From: Chrysomallon squamiferum
Lineage: Eukaryota > Animalia > Mollusca
Assembly: GCA_012295275.1 (NCBI GenBank)
Contig: CM022667.1
Coordinates: forward strand, 21,700,001-21,764,000
Length of the DNA stretch: 64,000 bases
Direction of reading: 5' to 3'
Positions 40,258 through 55,489 of the stretch are shown one piece after another. Within the stretch, counting starts at the first letter, position 1. Every line of letters begins with the position of its first letter. The notes beneath the pieces are model-generated. The model was given only the letters and a program-made list of their open reading frames with translations, did no database searches and was not told the DNA's origin. Position numbers and translations under genes: made by a program.

Positions 40258-43200
40258 ATTACTAGGTTTTCTCAAGTACTGCTGAACAATCACGTGTTGC
40301 GTCACATCGCTTCAGGTGGTTAAGAAATCTCTACACAGCGTTACAGAACCACGCAGTCCATGCACGGAATGGCAGCGCAGTCCCCGCCCAATCTTGGGAA
40401 TCACAGTTGAGGAAAGCCTCCAGTTTAATGAGACAGTTCAACATGGAAAAGCTGGTTTATTTCGCGGCTGACTCTAGCGCCAGGGTTGGACGTGTTGTAG
40501 ATGTTTCTTTTTCGTTTGCCTCGACATTCGATAGCGCCTGATCGTATATTTTAACACATCGATTTCTTGAGAGATTTCTGTCAAACCAGCTCTGTCAACC
40601 GCGCGAGGTGGAAACAAAATTTCCAGGTTTTATGTGTGTTTTCGTTTTGTACTCTTTTCTTTTTAAATATGTATTTCGTGTTGACATCACTGGGGACAAC
40701 GGAAGAGATCGATATGTAATTAAGCACTCAATGCATGTTGTAAAGACATCTACACGTTTTTGTGATGTAGATCTCACAAGTAGATCTCACATTTTTCTCT
40801 GGGAAATAGTTGAAAATCGCTCAGCTGTTTGTTCGAAACGTTCACGTTTTCAGTCGGCGGTTTATATGACTTGATTTTTAATGTTTAATGTTTAGTCAAC
40901 ATATTAACGTCGCGGGCTGGAAATATAAAATTTAGATGCTACCTCATTCAGGAAATCAAATGAAATCATCTGAATATATCTTAGTTACTGAAGCGCTATG
41001 GACATTATATGAGTTTTGATGGAAAACGTTTTACAAGGAGGAAATCTGAGCAGTTTTATGAGAAACTAGGAAGATGGAAACATGGGTTTGACAAATCACT
41101 TGTTGATTAACAGTCTAACTCTGTCTATAATAACCACAGTGCTGGCTGGCAAACCAACGCAGAAATGTGAGTAAACACGTATTAGATTTTGTAAATGTTT
41201 TCTCAGCCTAGTCATTAATAAGCTGTGTTATTTATTTTATAACTGTAATTATTATTATTTTGTGTTATTTTTGTTTGTTATTTGTCACAGGTGTATTTAG
41301 AGAGCGCAAATCTATTGCACTGATGGCGCGCGTTTTTATTTGTTTGTGTGTCTGTATGTGTGTCTGTATTTGTGTCTGTATGTATCCGTATATATGAATG
41401 TGTGTATGTATGTGATTGTGTATTTATATGTGTGTCTGTATTTGTACCTATATATGTGTATACGCTTCTGTTTATATGGCTGTGAATACATGTGTGTTTG
41501 TGTGTGTTTGTGTGTGTGTGTGTTAAACAACTAAGGATGTTTTTTATAATTTCAGGTATGTATAAATTATTCTAATGCTGACAACACTTCTTTCAGATGA
41601 TATATAAATATAAACTAATTTCAACACAATACTTGAGTACGGGTTGTTTAGCCACTTCCATAAATTCATCCTGCTGTTCTGTTTTTTATACGAGTCTCTG
41701 TGAGCTTTAAATCCTTACTGTTTATAGCAGAAGACGGCTAAAGGAACTCATAAAGTTTACGATAAGATGGTATGAAAGGTGGGAGAGCTAAAGATAATAA
41801 AGGAATGTATACTCAGTGATAGGCTATTTATAAGTCTAAGATGCGCTCTTGTTTAATTTCCCTAGCGAATTCTCGATCTACATTTATCTTTCTCAGTTTG
41901 ACGTTTTAACTTTATGTTCATTACAAAAGTTACGTGAAGATTTTGTTCAAGACTCGATGAAAATCTTGAAAAAAGTAGATTTAAAATTTACATTTTTTAT
42001 CTGACGAGGCTATTTTGTCTTAGTTGGTTTTTGTTCAGTGGGTTTATATCCTACTAGTGAGTATGTGTTTGGTTATAGAGTGCGCATAATACATGTAAAA
42101 ACAGAAACGAGCAGAAATCTATCCGCCTGTCTATATAGTCATACATCTAAATAATTATCTGTATGTTTAGTCAGAGGTAGGCTGCCCACATTGATTAATT
42201 AATCTGCTTGGTAAAACAAACGAAGCTTTTTTCTTAAGAGGGCTTTGATGAAAGGAAATTGGTTAATTTTACTAAAGACAGACTACTTTGTGAGAAAAAT
42301 TCGGCAGCTATTATTACGATGTATTTATCTAAGACATGATGAATACAGATAAATTATTTACTCTTATAATATGAACGAAGTAAAGACGACGTTTCAACAA
42401 ACACGTTAAAAACAAAAATAACAAAATCTCAGAGTCAGTTAAATATGAGGAAATTACTTTAAATACAAGCATTCTTTATTTAAATCTATGTACTTGCTGG
42501 ATTTGATTATTTTAGATATATGTGAAATATCATCACACGCAAAGAAAATAGAGGAAAAAATAAAAACAATAAATAAATAATAATAATAAAATAAAAGATA
42601 AGACAAGTAATGTCCAAATCAAACTGAATAAAATTTCTTTTTCAAAAGAAACGGAAAAATATATTATACAAAAAAAGAAAAGAAAACAACAACAACAAAA
42701 AAAGCTTCTGCGTATCAATTCAGTCTCTTTTTACCAACCTTTTGAACTTAAAGATAGATTTTGAAATGAAGAAGAAATGTAAGAGTGCTTGATAGCAGAC
42801 GTCACGACATTTATCTGTACAAATAGTATTTCTTTTTGTCTCTCCTGGTTTTTGCTACTTGTCAAAGCTGACGTTATCTCACAACAGTTCTCTGTAACCT
42901 CTCTCGTTTCTGTTAGATAACGTACACATTATCAGCACTAGCTTGTATTTCATACGTTACCTGCTAGACATCAGTCTGAAGTAAGTCTAATTCAGTCCAT
43001 ATCCATACATCTGTAATTTCACAATTACTAACATAAACACACGTTTTTATTTCTTAGACTTGTTAATATTACTGTTATTCCACAGTTTGTAATATATATA
43101 TATATATTATCAAGCTGAAACACAAGTTAGTATTTCTTAGGCTTACTAGTATTAATCTTATTGAAGTCACTTATGTCTGTTAATCATTCAAATATGTTCA

Positions 43201-43604
43201 TTTTTAACATAAATAATGGCTTTTAACATCAGTCTAATGTCGGACAGTTCCTGACCTTACGCCAGCCTCTCTCAGTCAGACAAACATACCAATTATCAAC
43301 AAAAATGAGGACTGACTTATTAGTATCGATTCAACATCAATTTTAATCTGGTCATATCGGCTTTGCTCTTTGTCTATGATAAATACATTCATTGACCACA
43401 GAAACTTCTGTTTCTTGCATTACTTTAACCTAGTTAGGTAGGCCTTTTTGTATTATTGTAACGTCAGTCACCTTAAATTGCATTATTCTCAATTCTTACT
43501 TATGATTCTAAACCGCACAGTTTACACAGATAACACACGCATCATCAACTGAACTCTACTGTTTGTTAGAGAGGTTGTTTCTTTCTACCAGTCTAGCTCT
43601 CGCA
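29672..43604 (+). repeat. Copy 2 of ~14 kb direct duplication; starts with ~10 indel-rich copies of the 40-bp minisatellite (29672-30089)
   Basis: Colinear with copy 1 at an offset of ~14.1 kb. Differences are mostly 1-2 nt indels concentrated near the gap. Confidence 0.96.
41082..41166 (+). CDS. Duplicate of signal-peptide exon A
   Basis: Identical to 26944-27028. Confidence 0.72.
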
Positions 43605-46274
43605 CCCCCCTCCGCCCCGTCCTAACGACTGTAGGTTTTAAACATAAATCACTGAGAACGTTATTTCTTGTGCTTGCTTATTAGGTTATTTAGTGTTTGG
43701 GACATAAGAGAGTAAGAGAAGGTTTAGCTCTTGAAGATTTTACTTGTTGACATCACTTGGTTGTACCTGTTAAGTGTCTTCCCTCTTGATCTAAACATGT
43801 TCAGTAGCAATTAAAATATTGTTAGATGAAATGGGAACTATGTAACACTAGGCTATTAGACTATGTGGGTAACTGGGAAAGTTCGTTTGAAAACTCGTAG
43901 GTGGGTAACGTATTATGTAACAGACTGTATGGATAACTGCAAGGAAGGTCCCTGCAATGGCATCCTGCCAAACATTCTCAACCAAAAGGCAAATTATTGG
44001 TGCAAATTAGTAACCGTGTATGAGTAAAGCTGCTTCTGTGTAAAACTGATTAATATTGTTTATATGTAATGCTGAATTTGTGTAATATTAAGGATATTAG
44101 TGTAACTCTGTATAGGTGTAATACTAATTATATGTATTGATATTATAGCTTCGTCACAGTTCATGCGACGATTGCTAAATTTAGTAAAGACCTATCACGT
44201 GGTCAATTTTCGGACAAACAGTCGAGAACCGAAAGTGAAACATGGTTGCCATCTTACCATTCGCCGTTGTTAAACTTACTGAAAAATTATATTCCTAAGC
44301 CACAGATGATTATTTAGTTTGCTAGATGAAATCCAAGAAATTTTGCTTCAGTAAAGCATTAAAAATAAACAAATCACTTTTCTTTAGTATCAGTAATTTT
44401 TTATTTTTTTTTTTTTTTTTGCTTGAAATGTTCATTAGCTCCATCGGAGAAAATACCAGCACTAGTCAGGCACAAAAACCTAAGAAAACACTTTTATGTT
44501 TCTGTTTTAAATATTCGACTATCATTCCTCGTCTTTAATTGTCATTAGTTTCATCATTACAGACATTTTATTGCCCCTAACTAGTCCCTGCAACACCTTT
44601 CTGGAGTGGGCTTCAAGTTTTAGCCCAGTTTGCAGAATATTATTAATCCTTTTGAGTAACACAGATATACACACACACACACATACTTCGTAGCATATTT
44701 TTAACTTTTAAAAAAATTAAGTCTGAAAAATCAAGGTACATGTGTAAACAAAGTTATGCTCTACTATTCAACGTTATTAGACATATCTCTTTTTTTGTTT
44801 TTTAAAGTGGCACCCTGTGACGTTTTAACAACCTTAAAATGCAACAATGTGACTCTAAATAGTTTCATAATGCATCTAAAGTTCAAACTTTATGTGAAAC
44901 TAAAATGTAATACAATGAGAGTAAATGTAAATCCGCCGCTCTTTAACTAAAAAAACAAACAAAGGCGGGAAACTCCTAATTCATTGTTGCTGAAACTCTA
45001 CGTAAACATTTTTCTCTCAAAATTTTATTACTTAAAATGTGTAAAAATGCAAGTGGCAAGTTAAACTACGATACACAGGCAGGCGCTGTGTTCGTCCGAA
45101 TTCTGTAGCTTCAGCCGTATGGGCGGAGCTACTGATTACAGTTCCATCTAAAAATAGACGCAAACTGCAATTTGTACAAGAGCTATTAGTTATATTTAAA
45201 TTTAGCTGTGTATTTATTCATAATGCTAATTGAGTATGAGTTGTGTATCGTTAAAGGTTAAAACATCCCTGATTAGCCTGGTGCAGACAGCCGTGTTTTA
45301 AAACAGGACTTTTCCGCAATCCATCAACCACCATCTGAGACAGACCATTGTTTGCCAAGTCGGCAGAAGTCTGTACTTGGTATTGTTTAGATGACTGATG
45401 GCTAGGAAAAATGGATTTGAAAAAGAGAGAGAGAGAGAAAGAAACGTTCAAGTCGAAGAAAGAAAAGTAATCAGAAACAAAATACTATGCAAAAACGCGA
45501 ATATAATCTGCTGTCCTGCAAGCTACAAAATAATTATTATAATAATAATCAAAAAATGGTGTAGATTTGTAATGTCACTCTGATTTAAAACTTTTGTTTC
45601 TTATTTCTGACATTTAAAACAGTTGAAAAATTAAACACATTTCTCTGAACGGAACAACAACATTATCACTGACTGGTTTTCACCTCCAGTCAGCTTTGAA
45701 AGGCCGGACTGAGGTCCGTGTTTTTGTTTCAGCAACTCGTTAGGTCTTCCGGTCTGCACGCTATTCAAACATTACTGAATTAATTTTTATATTGATTTAG
45801 TTGTCATGAGAATAAAGAAAATAGACTTTTTAAAGAAAAGTAATTATGGGTCTTTTCCAGTCTGAATTGACAGATAGCTAAAGTGACGATAGCCAGTACC
45901 ATTTGGACTTGGCGCTAGTTCTACCAGTAAGTATAAAAACAACAGAATAATGCAAAGACCAATTGAAAATAAATTTCTCAACAGATCAGAAAATAAAAGA
46001 TAAAATAAATATAATAAATTTAAAATAAATAAATAAATAAATAAATATTTTATCAGAAGCTTTATGGGATATCTTATCTTAAATGAAAACCAAAAACATT
46101 ATTTGTTAATATGTACTGCAGACCAGTAACAACGCTGACAAAATAAAGAAATCTGACAAAAATTTTCATTCACGTTTAAAAATTATACTCATAATCTAAC
46201 TAAAACATGGACAAAAATAAAAAATAAAAAATAACATAACTAGAAATAACGCAGCAGGCATTTGTATTCACAGA

Positions 46275-46287
<13 letters not shown>

Positions 46288-46367
<80 letters not shown>
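46288..46367 (+). repeat. (AG)n microsatellite
   Basis: Seen directly. Confidence 0.97.
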
Positions 46368-46369
<2 letters not shown>

Positions 46370-47586
46370 ATAGATTATTAATTTTTTTTTACATTTTGTT
46401 GCTATAAATTGTTGCCTTAAGTCGAAAAAAAATCAAAGATTAAAAAAAAAAAAAAAAAGGATTCATGCATAATTTACTGCTAAACGAATAACCGCAAAAC
46501 GACCTATTTTACTGATGTACTTCCACGCCCAGACGAGCACTGAAAGAAAATCAAATTCCGTATGCTTCCGGCTTTTACTAATTTCCGGAATCTAACTTTA
46601 TAACCTCCGTAAGTCGCGGTTTGACCTACTTGGACAACATCTATGTCAAACTTGTTACCCGGTACTTGCATCCGGTTGCATCAGAAGATCAGCCAATGCT
46701 TCCTTTCATTACATCGCCTTTGTGTCGCTTAAGCGTCTGAAAATCTACGTTAATAGTGGAACCCAGACGACTTGAACACTGTCTGCTACTCTGATAATCA
46801 CTGCGTGAGTTGACGACGTTCGCTGATAACGTAGTCATCACATCAAAAGTAAGGCAGTACTAATGAGTTAGACTAATGATGTCTGATGATTATTTCGTGA
46901 GTTAAGAGGTTAAAAAGGTGCTCGTTAACGCAGATTAGTCAGGAAGGTAAAATCCCGCCTTTTTTGAACGTCTTCATTTGCTATAAGATGCCGTAAGATC
47001 TATATAAAATAAAGGTGGACATTTAATAAAGTTCGTGAATATGATGTTATGGGCATAATTCTAGTATTTTCTGTATGCGATAGACCATGTGGAACAGATT
47101 ACATTTTTCCTGGATTTTATTATTATTATTGCTATAACATCTACGATGTTTCAAAATACAGAGATAAAACATAAATTCTTCAACTTATTCTGAATCGAAC
47201 TTGCTTTTTTTTCTGCCATATACATATTGAAACAGATATATAGACTGTCCAGGTCTATCTATCTATCTAAAATAGGCATTACAAAGTTCTGTAAGAAAAT
47301 CGATATAATTTTTAGAAAAAATCAATGTTTTCAGTTTCAGTGAAATGTATATGAACTCTGACATGTTAACACAAACTGTTAACTTTTGTCTCAGTACGTT
47401 TTGTTAATGCAGTGTTAAATCAGAGGCGTGGAGTGGGCACACACATTGTACAAATGTGACACTCAAGATTTCAAGTTCGATACTGGCCGTTAGAAGTGAA
47501 GAAGTAAAATCTGTCAAACTGAGCACAAACCGCACACTGTTGTGATTATAATATTTTATCACGATATGCAGTTTATTACACAGCTG

Positions 47587-47830
47587 CAGGACTCGAAATG
47601 GCCAGTCGCCAGGTCGCCAAATGTGACCAAAGTTCCGTTTGGTCGACTGGGATGTCAAACAAAATTATGGGTTAATAGCCTGAGAAATATAAGTTATAAC
47701 ACAAGAGCCACTATTAATAATTTTATGGATCAATAATTTATTATTATTTTTTTTTTTTCAAAATGAATATTAAATGGCCCAAATTCGTTTTTTAGGCTAC
47801 CAAAACATTTCAGACGAGTTTCGAGCCCTA
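47587..47830. mobile_element. Non-autonomous DNA transposon (MITE, hAT-like termini)
   Basis: Imperfect terminal inverted repeats CAGGACTCGAAA ... TTTCGAGCCCTA and subterminal GTCGCCA repeats. No TSD recognised. Confidence 0.5.
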
Positions 47831-49955
47831 TAGATATATACTGATTTTCATCACAGACTTGTTTTTGTTTGTTTGGATTATAACGCAGATTATAACATAA
47901 ACAGATAATAATAGTTCATTCGCAGATTATCATATAGAAATAATAAAGGATATCACAGATATTTGATACGTAGATCATGGAGACATAATATTTAATACGC
48001 AGATTTTCACATAGATAACAGTTGATAAGATTATCATATACAAACTGAAATGGTTTAATACGCAAATCATTTACACAGAGAGTAGCTGTGATGCAAATTA
48101 TCACACAGACAGCTGATCATATGCAGATTATCCTTAATAGATAATGTTGATATGTAGATTATCCTGAAAAGAAGATGAGAAGATCAAAAATAAAACATAA
48201 ATGAGTCACGACAGAACATGTTACTGTTTTCACGTTGATTTTAATAATCGTGTATTTGCATAAAGTAAAACGTATTTTATCTTGTACATTTTTTTTTTTG
48301 GTCTTATTCAAAGCAAGAAATGAAAATCGAAAATCGAATGGTAATGGCTTGTTTATTATAATAATTCATGATGAATAAAGAACAGGATATTTTTTTTGAT
48401 TATTGTTATTTGTTTAATAATAATAATAATAAATTAATAAAATCAAATAATAATAATAAAAAACCCAACAAAAAACAAAAAAATATCGAGAATCAAATTG
48501 ATTTTGTTTAAAAATAAAAAGCAAAGTGATGGTATTAATTGTTTTACTTATTAAGACATGACGGAAGTAAATACGACATTTTGAGTAGGTACTTTTGTTC
48601 ACGTATAAACTCACACGCACGTACGCATACTCTGTTAGTCTTGCTCATACTCAGAGCGCTTTAAACATGTAAAACTGTAAAATAATGAATAATGAAACTA
48701 TCTTGTTTCAAATACACTTTCTGAAAGAAATCTAAACTTAATATGGTCATGTCTTGTTTATACTGACATTGCACACTCCAAGACCTGCTCATTACCGAAT
48801 TTCTCTCTATCAGAGATAATTTGCTTTAGCAGTGAGAAGGTTATCAGTGAACAAACCCCCGAAGTGTACGCTTATGTACATATTTAGCAATAATTTGCAC
48901 AGAGAACTTGTGATTATAATCAGGAACATTAGTTTGTTATTGTCGTCAGAGCAAATCTGTTAAACGTGTAACCCTGAAATGAATTAACGCTGGTATTTAT
49001 ACAGTGTCAAACAGTCTCTCCTTTCATGTCACGCAGGCCTCATCAATCTCTTGGTCAAGGCAACACTGAAGGCAAGATGGAATTCCAGGGGATGTTTCGC
49101 GTTCAGTCTCTCTAGACGTTATTATTTATTGGTTACACTGACAAGATAAGATTGGATTTCTTCAAATTATCGACATTTCTCTGGCCCAAACCGTATATCT
49201 CGTCAGAGTTCTCTTTCAATACAGTTTTATAGAGATTACAAACACGGTGAAGAGGTTTGTCGTCGTAAACTGTTTTTTCAACGTCTCCGAAGTCTTAGAA
49301 GCTGTGTGCTGATTCTTCTTTATTACCTTCTTTTTTCTCTTTCTATTTATTCCTCTATTAATTTCACCTTTTCTTTCTCATTTGAGAGTGAAGATTTAAA
49401 TTTCTATATCTGATTCAATAAATGATTAACGAAAAATTATATTGGTGAATTCTTCGAACTCAACTGAAAAGTTTCTTAATCCACTGATGTATTTGTAATT
49501 AGATTTTTAAATTTCTTTCCAAATAAGTAAATATGTAAATAAGTTTACAAATAAATGAAAAAATAATTACAGGAATTCACAAAGACCACAGCACCACCAG
49601 CACAAGCACCAAACACACATCACTTTTAATTTTAAATAAATCAATACTTTCTTCTTTTTCCTTTTTTGACTGGATAATATAATCATCACGTTTCTTATTT
49701 ACTGTTAGAAATTAATGTATTACTATTCCGTTTTCGTTTTTCCTTTCTAGCTTTGAACCAGACATCAGTAAAACTTCATTATTAACTTTATATGTAAATT
49801 TTAAAAGATAAAATATGTAGTAGTTTATTCATGCTCACGATTTTCAAATCAACTTAAAAAAACTACGTTCTGCTGTGATTCAATAACACTGACACTTCTC
49901 ACTCACACTTATGACAGTTTGCACATTATACATTTTCAAAATAATAATTTATGTA

Positions 49956-50064
49956 TAACTCGTCTGATACGCGTATTATGATTATAGATAGTATTTAATA
50001 CTATAGATTAATACTATAATATTTAATACTATCTATAATCATTATATGCGTATCAGTCGAGTTA
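49956..50064. repeat. 109-bp fold-back palindrome (51-bp arms, 5 mismatches, 7-nt loop)
   Basis: TAACTCGTCTGATACGCGTATTATGATTATAGATAGTATT... pairs with ...AATACTATCTATAATCATTATATGCGTATCAGTCGAGTTA. Confidence 0.92.
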
Positions 50065-50281
50065 ATCTATATATCAAACAGATAATGATCAGTGAATCTG
50101 ATCGTTATCTGTGCAGTAATACTGTCATAGAAAGAAAAAGACAGGAACACGAATTATTTTTATATTTCACATAGTTTTTAATACGCTGACAATCATATGT
50201 TGTCAACAGTCTGAGCATATACCAGTAGTGTGCTAAACCGAAAACTATCGTACTTTGTCATTATGTATATAACATTATTTT

Positions 50282-50389
<108 letters not shown>

Positions 50390-53300
50390 ATCAAGTTACC
50401 TTATTTATTTAAGACTGCATCTAATTTAGTCTTTCTTTTTGATTTCACATCGCTGTCTATTGAAATGATTTATCGCGAAAAGGTTGTAAGGCCTTTATTT
50501 GTTTTATTCAAATAAGTCACATAACCTTTGACAACGAGACGAGAGAGCACAGAGTCAATAAACGGCAGTGATAAGAGCTGGGAGTACTGCACAACTTATC
50601 AATAGCGAAGTGAGTAATAAAGCAACCAAGCTGTTGACTGGAAACTGATGTATGGAAAATGAAAGCAGTGTCAGTTTATTGGCCTTTAAAGTCTGCTAAA
50701 AATGGCTCTTTTCTTTTACCATTTACATGACAAAAGATTTTAGATATGTTTGTCTCAGCAAAGAAATAATTATTAGCTATCAAAAGAAGAAAGTTCTATA
50801 CATCTTTCAGATTCAGTCTTTTATTATTATTTTGTTGTTGTTGTTGTAAACAGTATAATGTTAAAGTATTATTTTATATCTTGAACTGAGCTGGAGTTTC
50901 TGAAGATTTCCTTGTTTTGGGTAATTGATTATAAGCAGTGTTTACTTGATATGTCGAATCTCTAAAAATTAAATCAAAACATATTTTTATTAAATTAAAA
51001 CACGTTTATGTTAGTCTGAGTACGTGATTGCAGTAAAGTTCAGAATGTAACCGATTAACGCAGCCGATTATATTTTACGTGTATACTTACAAGAAAAAAG
51101 AAGGTGATAAAATTACATTTTTAGTCCCTTTAACAGAAATCAGATTAGCGGCCTCCATTTTTATGATAGGCGAATTTGTGCAAAGCTATTATGATTCGGA
51201 AGTCGAACAAATATTTCTTCCTGTAATAACGTTAGCACGAATGGATGTTAATTATATTATTACAGAAAATTATTTACTGTTCAAAAATTGACAATAATTA
51301 TTAAATGGAAGCTGTTCTGCATCTGCCAATAATTACATCCTAATTTACGAATAATAAACTAATCTAATTTCGACAGAGATGAAAATTCGATTGAAATATT
51401 GCGAGAAAAAAGCAATGAAAATGTCTCTCCAACAAATCAGTTGTTCAGACGACCCGATGACCTTGACCTTACATGCCAAATGAAATCCAACAAACTGCAA
51501 ACTGTGAGCGGCAGGTCTTGACTTCAGAAACTATTAACTGAATATGAAGACGGAAGATTATACTACATATATCGATTAGGATCGAAGACAAGAAGTGAAA
51601 GACGGAAGGCAATTTCTCTTTATGACGTACACACTTTGTCGTCAGGTGCCCATTACAATTTTTCGCATTTGTAACTGATAGCTGACTTTAGTTATTTCTG
51701 CCGTTGAGGAAGAACATGCGACACACTGATTGCCGCATCAGCCACGAAATGTCTCTTTTCAGTTAGTCTGCGTCTTTCAGTCGTAAACAGCCTTTAGAGA
51801 CTTTATTGCGGGGAAGATTATCTCGTTCGATTTAAAAAAGAATTTTTAATTTTTTGTTTTTTTAAATTGTGTCTGCCATACTCTAGAATTACATGACGTT
51901 CTTGTAGAAACTCACTGACTGTAGGTTTTCACTTCAGAATAATGATGTTGACTGCTATAATGCACTGCAAAAGAATGACAGAGAATAAAGGAAAAAAATA
52001 AAAAATCTTGATTGAGCATTAAATCCAGTAATGTGCAATCTTACGGAAATTATGAAAACGTATAAGATGGAGAAAAATCTTTTTATTAATACAGAACTCT
52101 CATTTTAACATACTCATGCTTTGGTTGAAGCATTAAAATTTATTTTTACTTTTTATAATTTTGTTATTATACTTTTTATTTTTTTTAATTTATTTTAATT
52201 ATTTTAATATTTTAATAATATATTTATTTTCATTTCTTATTATTTTTTTTAATTTTAATTATAATTTTTGACTTTTCTTTGCACGCTGATCGTGCCTGAC
52301 AGTTTTGATAAAAAAATTAAGGTGATCTTCAGAGAAGCTTTATCCTCGCCTCGGGAATCAAAGTGCTTTGGGTTTTCTAGTTATTACAAAAGTATTCAGT
52401 ACCGTGCGATTCGTGAATTTAAGTGATAAAAAATTAAATAATCGACAAGTAAATTAAAATGGAAAATGTAATATAAAACTGTATATTAACTGTAATGATT
52501 TGTATATAACAATAGTACATATAAAATCTGCCGTTTATTTTGTAATTATTCAAGCGGATTAGTTATATAGACAGCTAATCCCATTATTCCAGGACTACAA
52601 TCTTTTTATAGCTAGAGCCTGTGTGAAATTAAAATAATAATAATAATAATAATCATGAAAAAAGAAAATTAAAACAAAAGTGCTACATCAACAACAACAA
52701 ACTCTTCTTAGAAAGGATTTCATTCATAAATTTTATAAATTTAGTTTTAACTTCTGTTGTTGAATAACACGCCATTCTGAACTAGTTAACGAAGTTAACC
52801 ACTGCCGTCTTCTGTGTAATTTTTGTTTAACTAAATAAAGTGAAGTCATCAAACTTCATCGCTATTGAAATGTGACAAACAACAGGAAAAAACCTAAAAC
52901 TGTTCTTTATAGCCAAGTAAATATAAAGGTCAGTTTTCTTTCTCTGAGCAACTCGAGAAATGAAAATATGTGATTCATCAAGTATGGTGTCTGTTTTTCA
53001 CAGACCAGTTATATAACGTAGAAAAGCAGTGCTAATTATTTGTTATTTTAATTAATTTTGTCAACAGAAACCAAAGGCAGAGCAACCCATGGGAAATGAT
53101 TGTAAATTTGTGAAATGTCACCAGACAGACTTCAATCCAGCTGTTTTTATTAATTACATTTTGTTTTTATTTTTAAAAAAAGTACTTCCATCCTCACAGT
53201 GATATTTACTTAATTATTTCTTTCCGTTTTTCCCTTGTTCATTTATCTGTGTAGAAAATCTATCTTTTTTTTGCTGGATGCATGAACTTTAATTTGTTTT

Positions 53301-55211
53301 ATTTATTGTTTTGTTTAACATAATAATTGCGACTTGCACTGAAAACAGACAAAACACAGACTGAATGACTTACCTCAGTCCATGATCTGTGTCTGCGCAA
53401 TTTTCTTTTCATTGTGAGAAGACATCAAGCAGAATTTGAAACTTTTATAGTTTTTCTTCTGAAATGTTTATAAGGAAGGATATGGTAAGAATTACGTTAG
53501 AAACGTCTTCTCGGTTACAATATTACTGCTGTATTTCCAGTCTGGCGCCCGGGGTGCTGGTGATTGATCGTGGCGTTGGAAGCTTATTATGAAGATTTTT
53601 AATATATCAGTTTGCTGCAGGACACACTACACATCTTAGTACTTTGCTTTATTGAATATTGTGAGCGAAAACACTTCGATCTGCGACAATTTGAAAATCT
53701 TTAATTCAGTTGCTCGGTAAAGAAGTTTTATTCTTGGACACATTCATGTTTACCATAGCAGTTCTGTTAGAGATAGATACAGCCCGCCTTCATTTAGTTT
53801 AAATGTCAAATTTTAATTCAGTTTATTAGTTAACTTATCCACAACTTTTATTTTTATCTCTCTCTGTGATTATGTCAGAGAGTTTTATTATTAAGAAAAA
53901 AGAAATAACAAGCCGTATTTTTAAATAGTAAATAAATAAATTCCACGCAGAATCTAATGTTTCATCTTTTAGTCAGATCATTATAGACTGTGGCAAAAAT
54001 TATTAAATGCGGTATTACTGAATATTTCCTAATGGCCCACAGATATTTCGTTCCTTTCTAATGTACGACAACAAACTTTTATATCACATTTCAATACTTT
54101 CTGTTGTTACAGTTAAAATAACTAGCGTTACTTTCTGTGATAAAAAAAAAATTAAAAAAAAGAAAGAAAAAAAGAAGAAGAAAAAAGTAAAGCTCGTTGC
54201 TAGCATTCCTCATCTACTCTTATTGATTTGTGTTATCTATTTTAGACAGAAAACCGCGTGGCCTTTGAACAGCACGTGTTGATGTAAACCGCGCCGAGTG
54301 CAGCCCTCAGTCTTTGCTCTTAACGTAAATTAGACCTCATTTTAATTACTTAAACAGACTCTTTAAAAATAATATTACAACCGTGCCACTTTAAATACGT
54401 CCTGGTAATATTCCATTATTAAAATAGAATGTCAGTAGCAGCAGTTTGCTGTTAATACATGAATTCATTAGAGCCCACTTAACGCGGTAAACATATTAAC
54501 TATCATCTCCACAAAGGACATTTTAAATCATGAACCAAAGATAAATTCAAATATTTACTCTGGAGTAACAGATCAAACAGAATTCAGTATGATCTTTATA
54601 AGATTCCGCCATTTAAACTGTTCTATTTTCTGATTGTACCGGTAAAACGTTACTTTGTATCGATTCATTTCTCTGATTATATTTCAGTTCTTTAACAATG
54701 ACGGTCTTTTTATAGTGCTGGCCACATTATGTTCTATTTATTTTGGTATGTTTTGTATTAAAACAAATCTGGCCAACGATTCAGCACTAATAGTGAAATA
54801 CGTGAAATACCCAGTAAAATGAGAAATAAAGCAGTTAATAATGATTCTAAGTGTTGTGGATGCATTTGACATATCTCGACACACACATTGTGACTGATAT
54901 CTGTTAAATGATGCATGACATTTTTACTGATTGTTATGGATTACTGTATTATTTCTAGTCTCGATATTGTTAACTTGTAAATAAACTGCTTGATAATCAA
55001 TCACACAGTGGATCTCAGATATAGCAAGTATGGAACTAGTCGCCACAAGACGGGGACGCACTTTGTGTTAAACGTCACTGATATTGTTGAGCTGATTTTA
55101 TGGTAAAGTTATCTGAAAAATTGGGTGCCAGATGTTCAGACTGAGGCGCAATTTCAGTGCTTGCCATAGCCGCCATTTTCCGTAGATAACGCCCCTTATG
55201 TCAAGTCAATA

Positions 55212-55245
<34 letters not shown>

Positions 55246-55489
55246 ATTTTATGAATTATTATTATTATTTTTTTTTTTTTTGCATTTTGTTTTATTGTTC
55301 TCTTTTTTAATTAATTAATTTATTTATAAACTCAGAGATGAATGCTGTAATCATTTTATAGTCACATGCATTTCATATAATTTACTGTAACACATTTTGA
55401 GAATTACATTAAAAAGTAAATTAAAAAAGAACGCATTTTGTCAGTGTTTTACACAATACTATATGACAACATGTTGTAATGTTTCAGTA

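Noticed and set aside
41082-41166. Counting the second copy of exon A as a separate leader
   Set aside because: It is identical and lies within the probable false duplication.
51458-51469. TGACCTTGACCT nuclear-receptor DR0-like site
   Set aside because: Single short motif with no supporting context.
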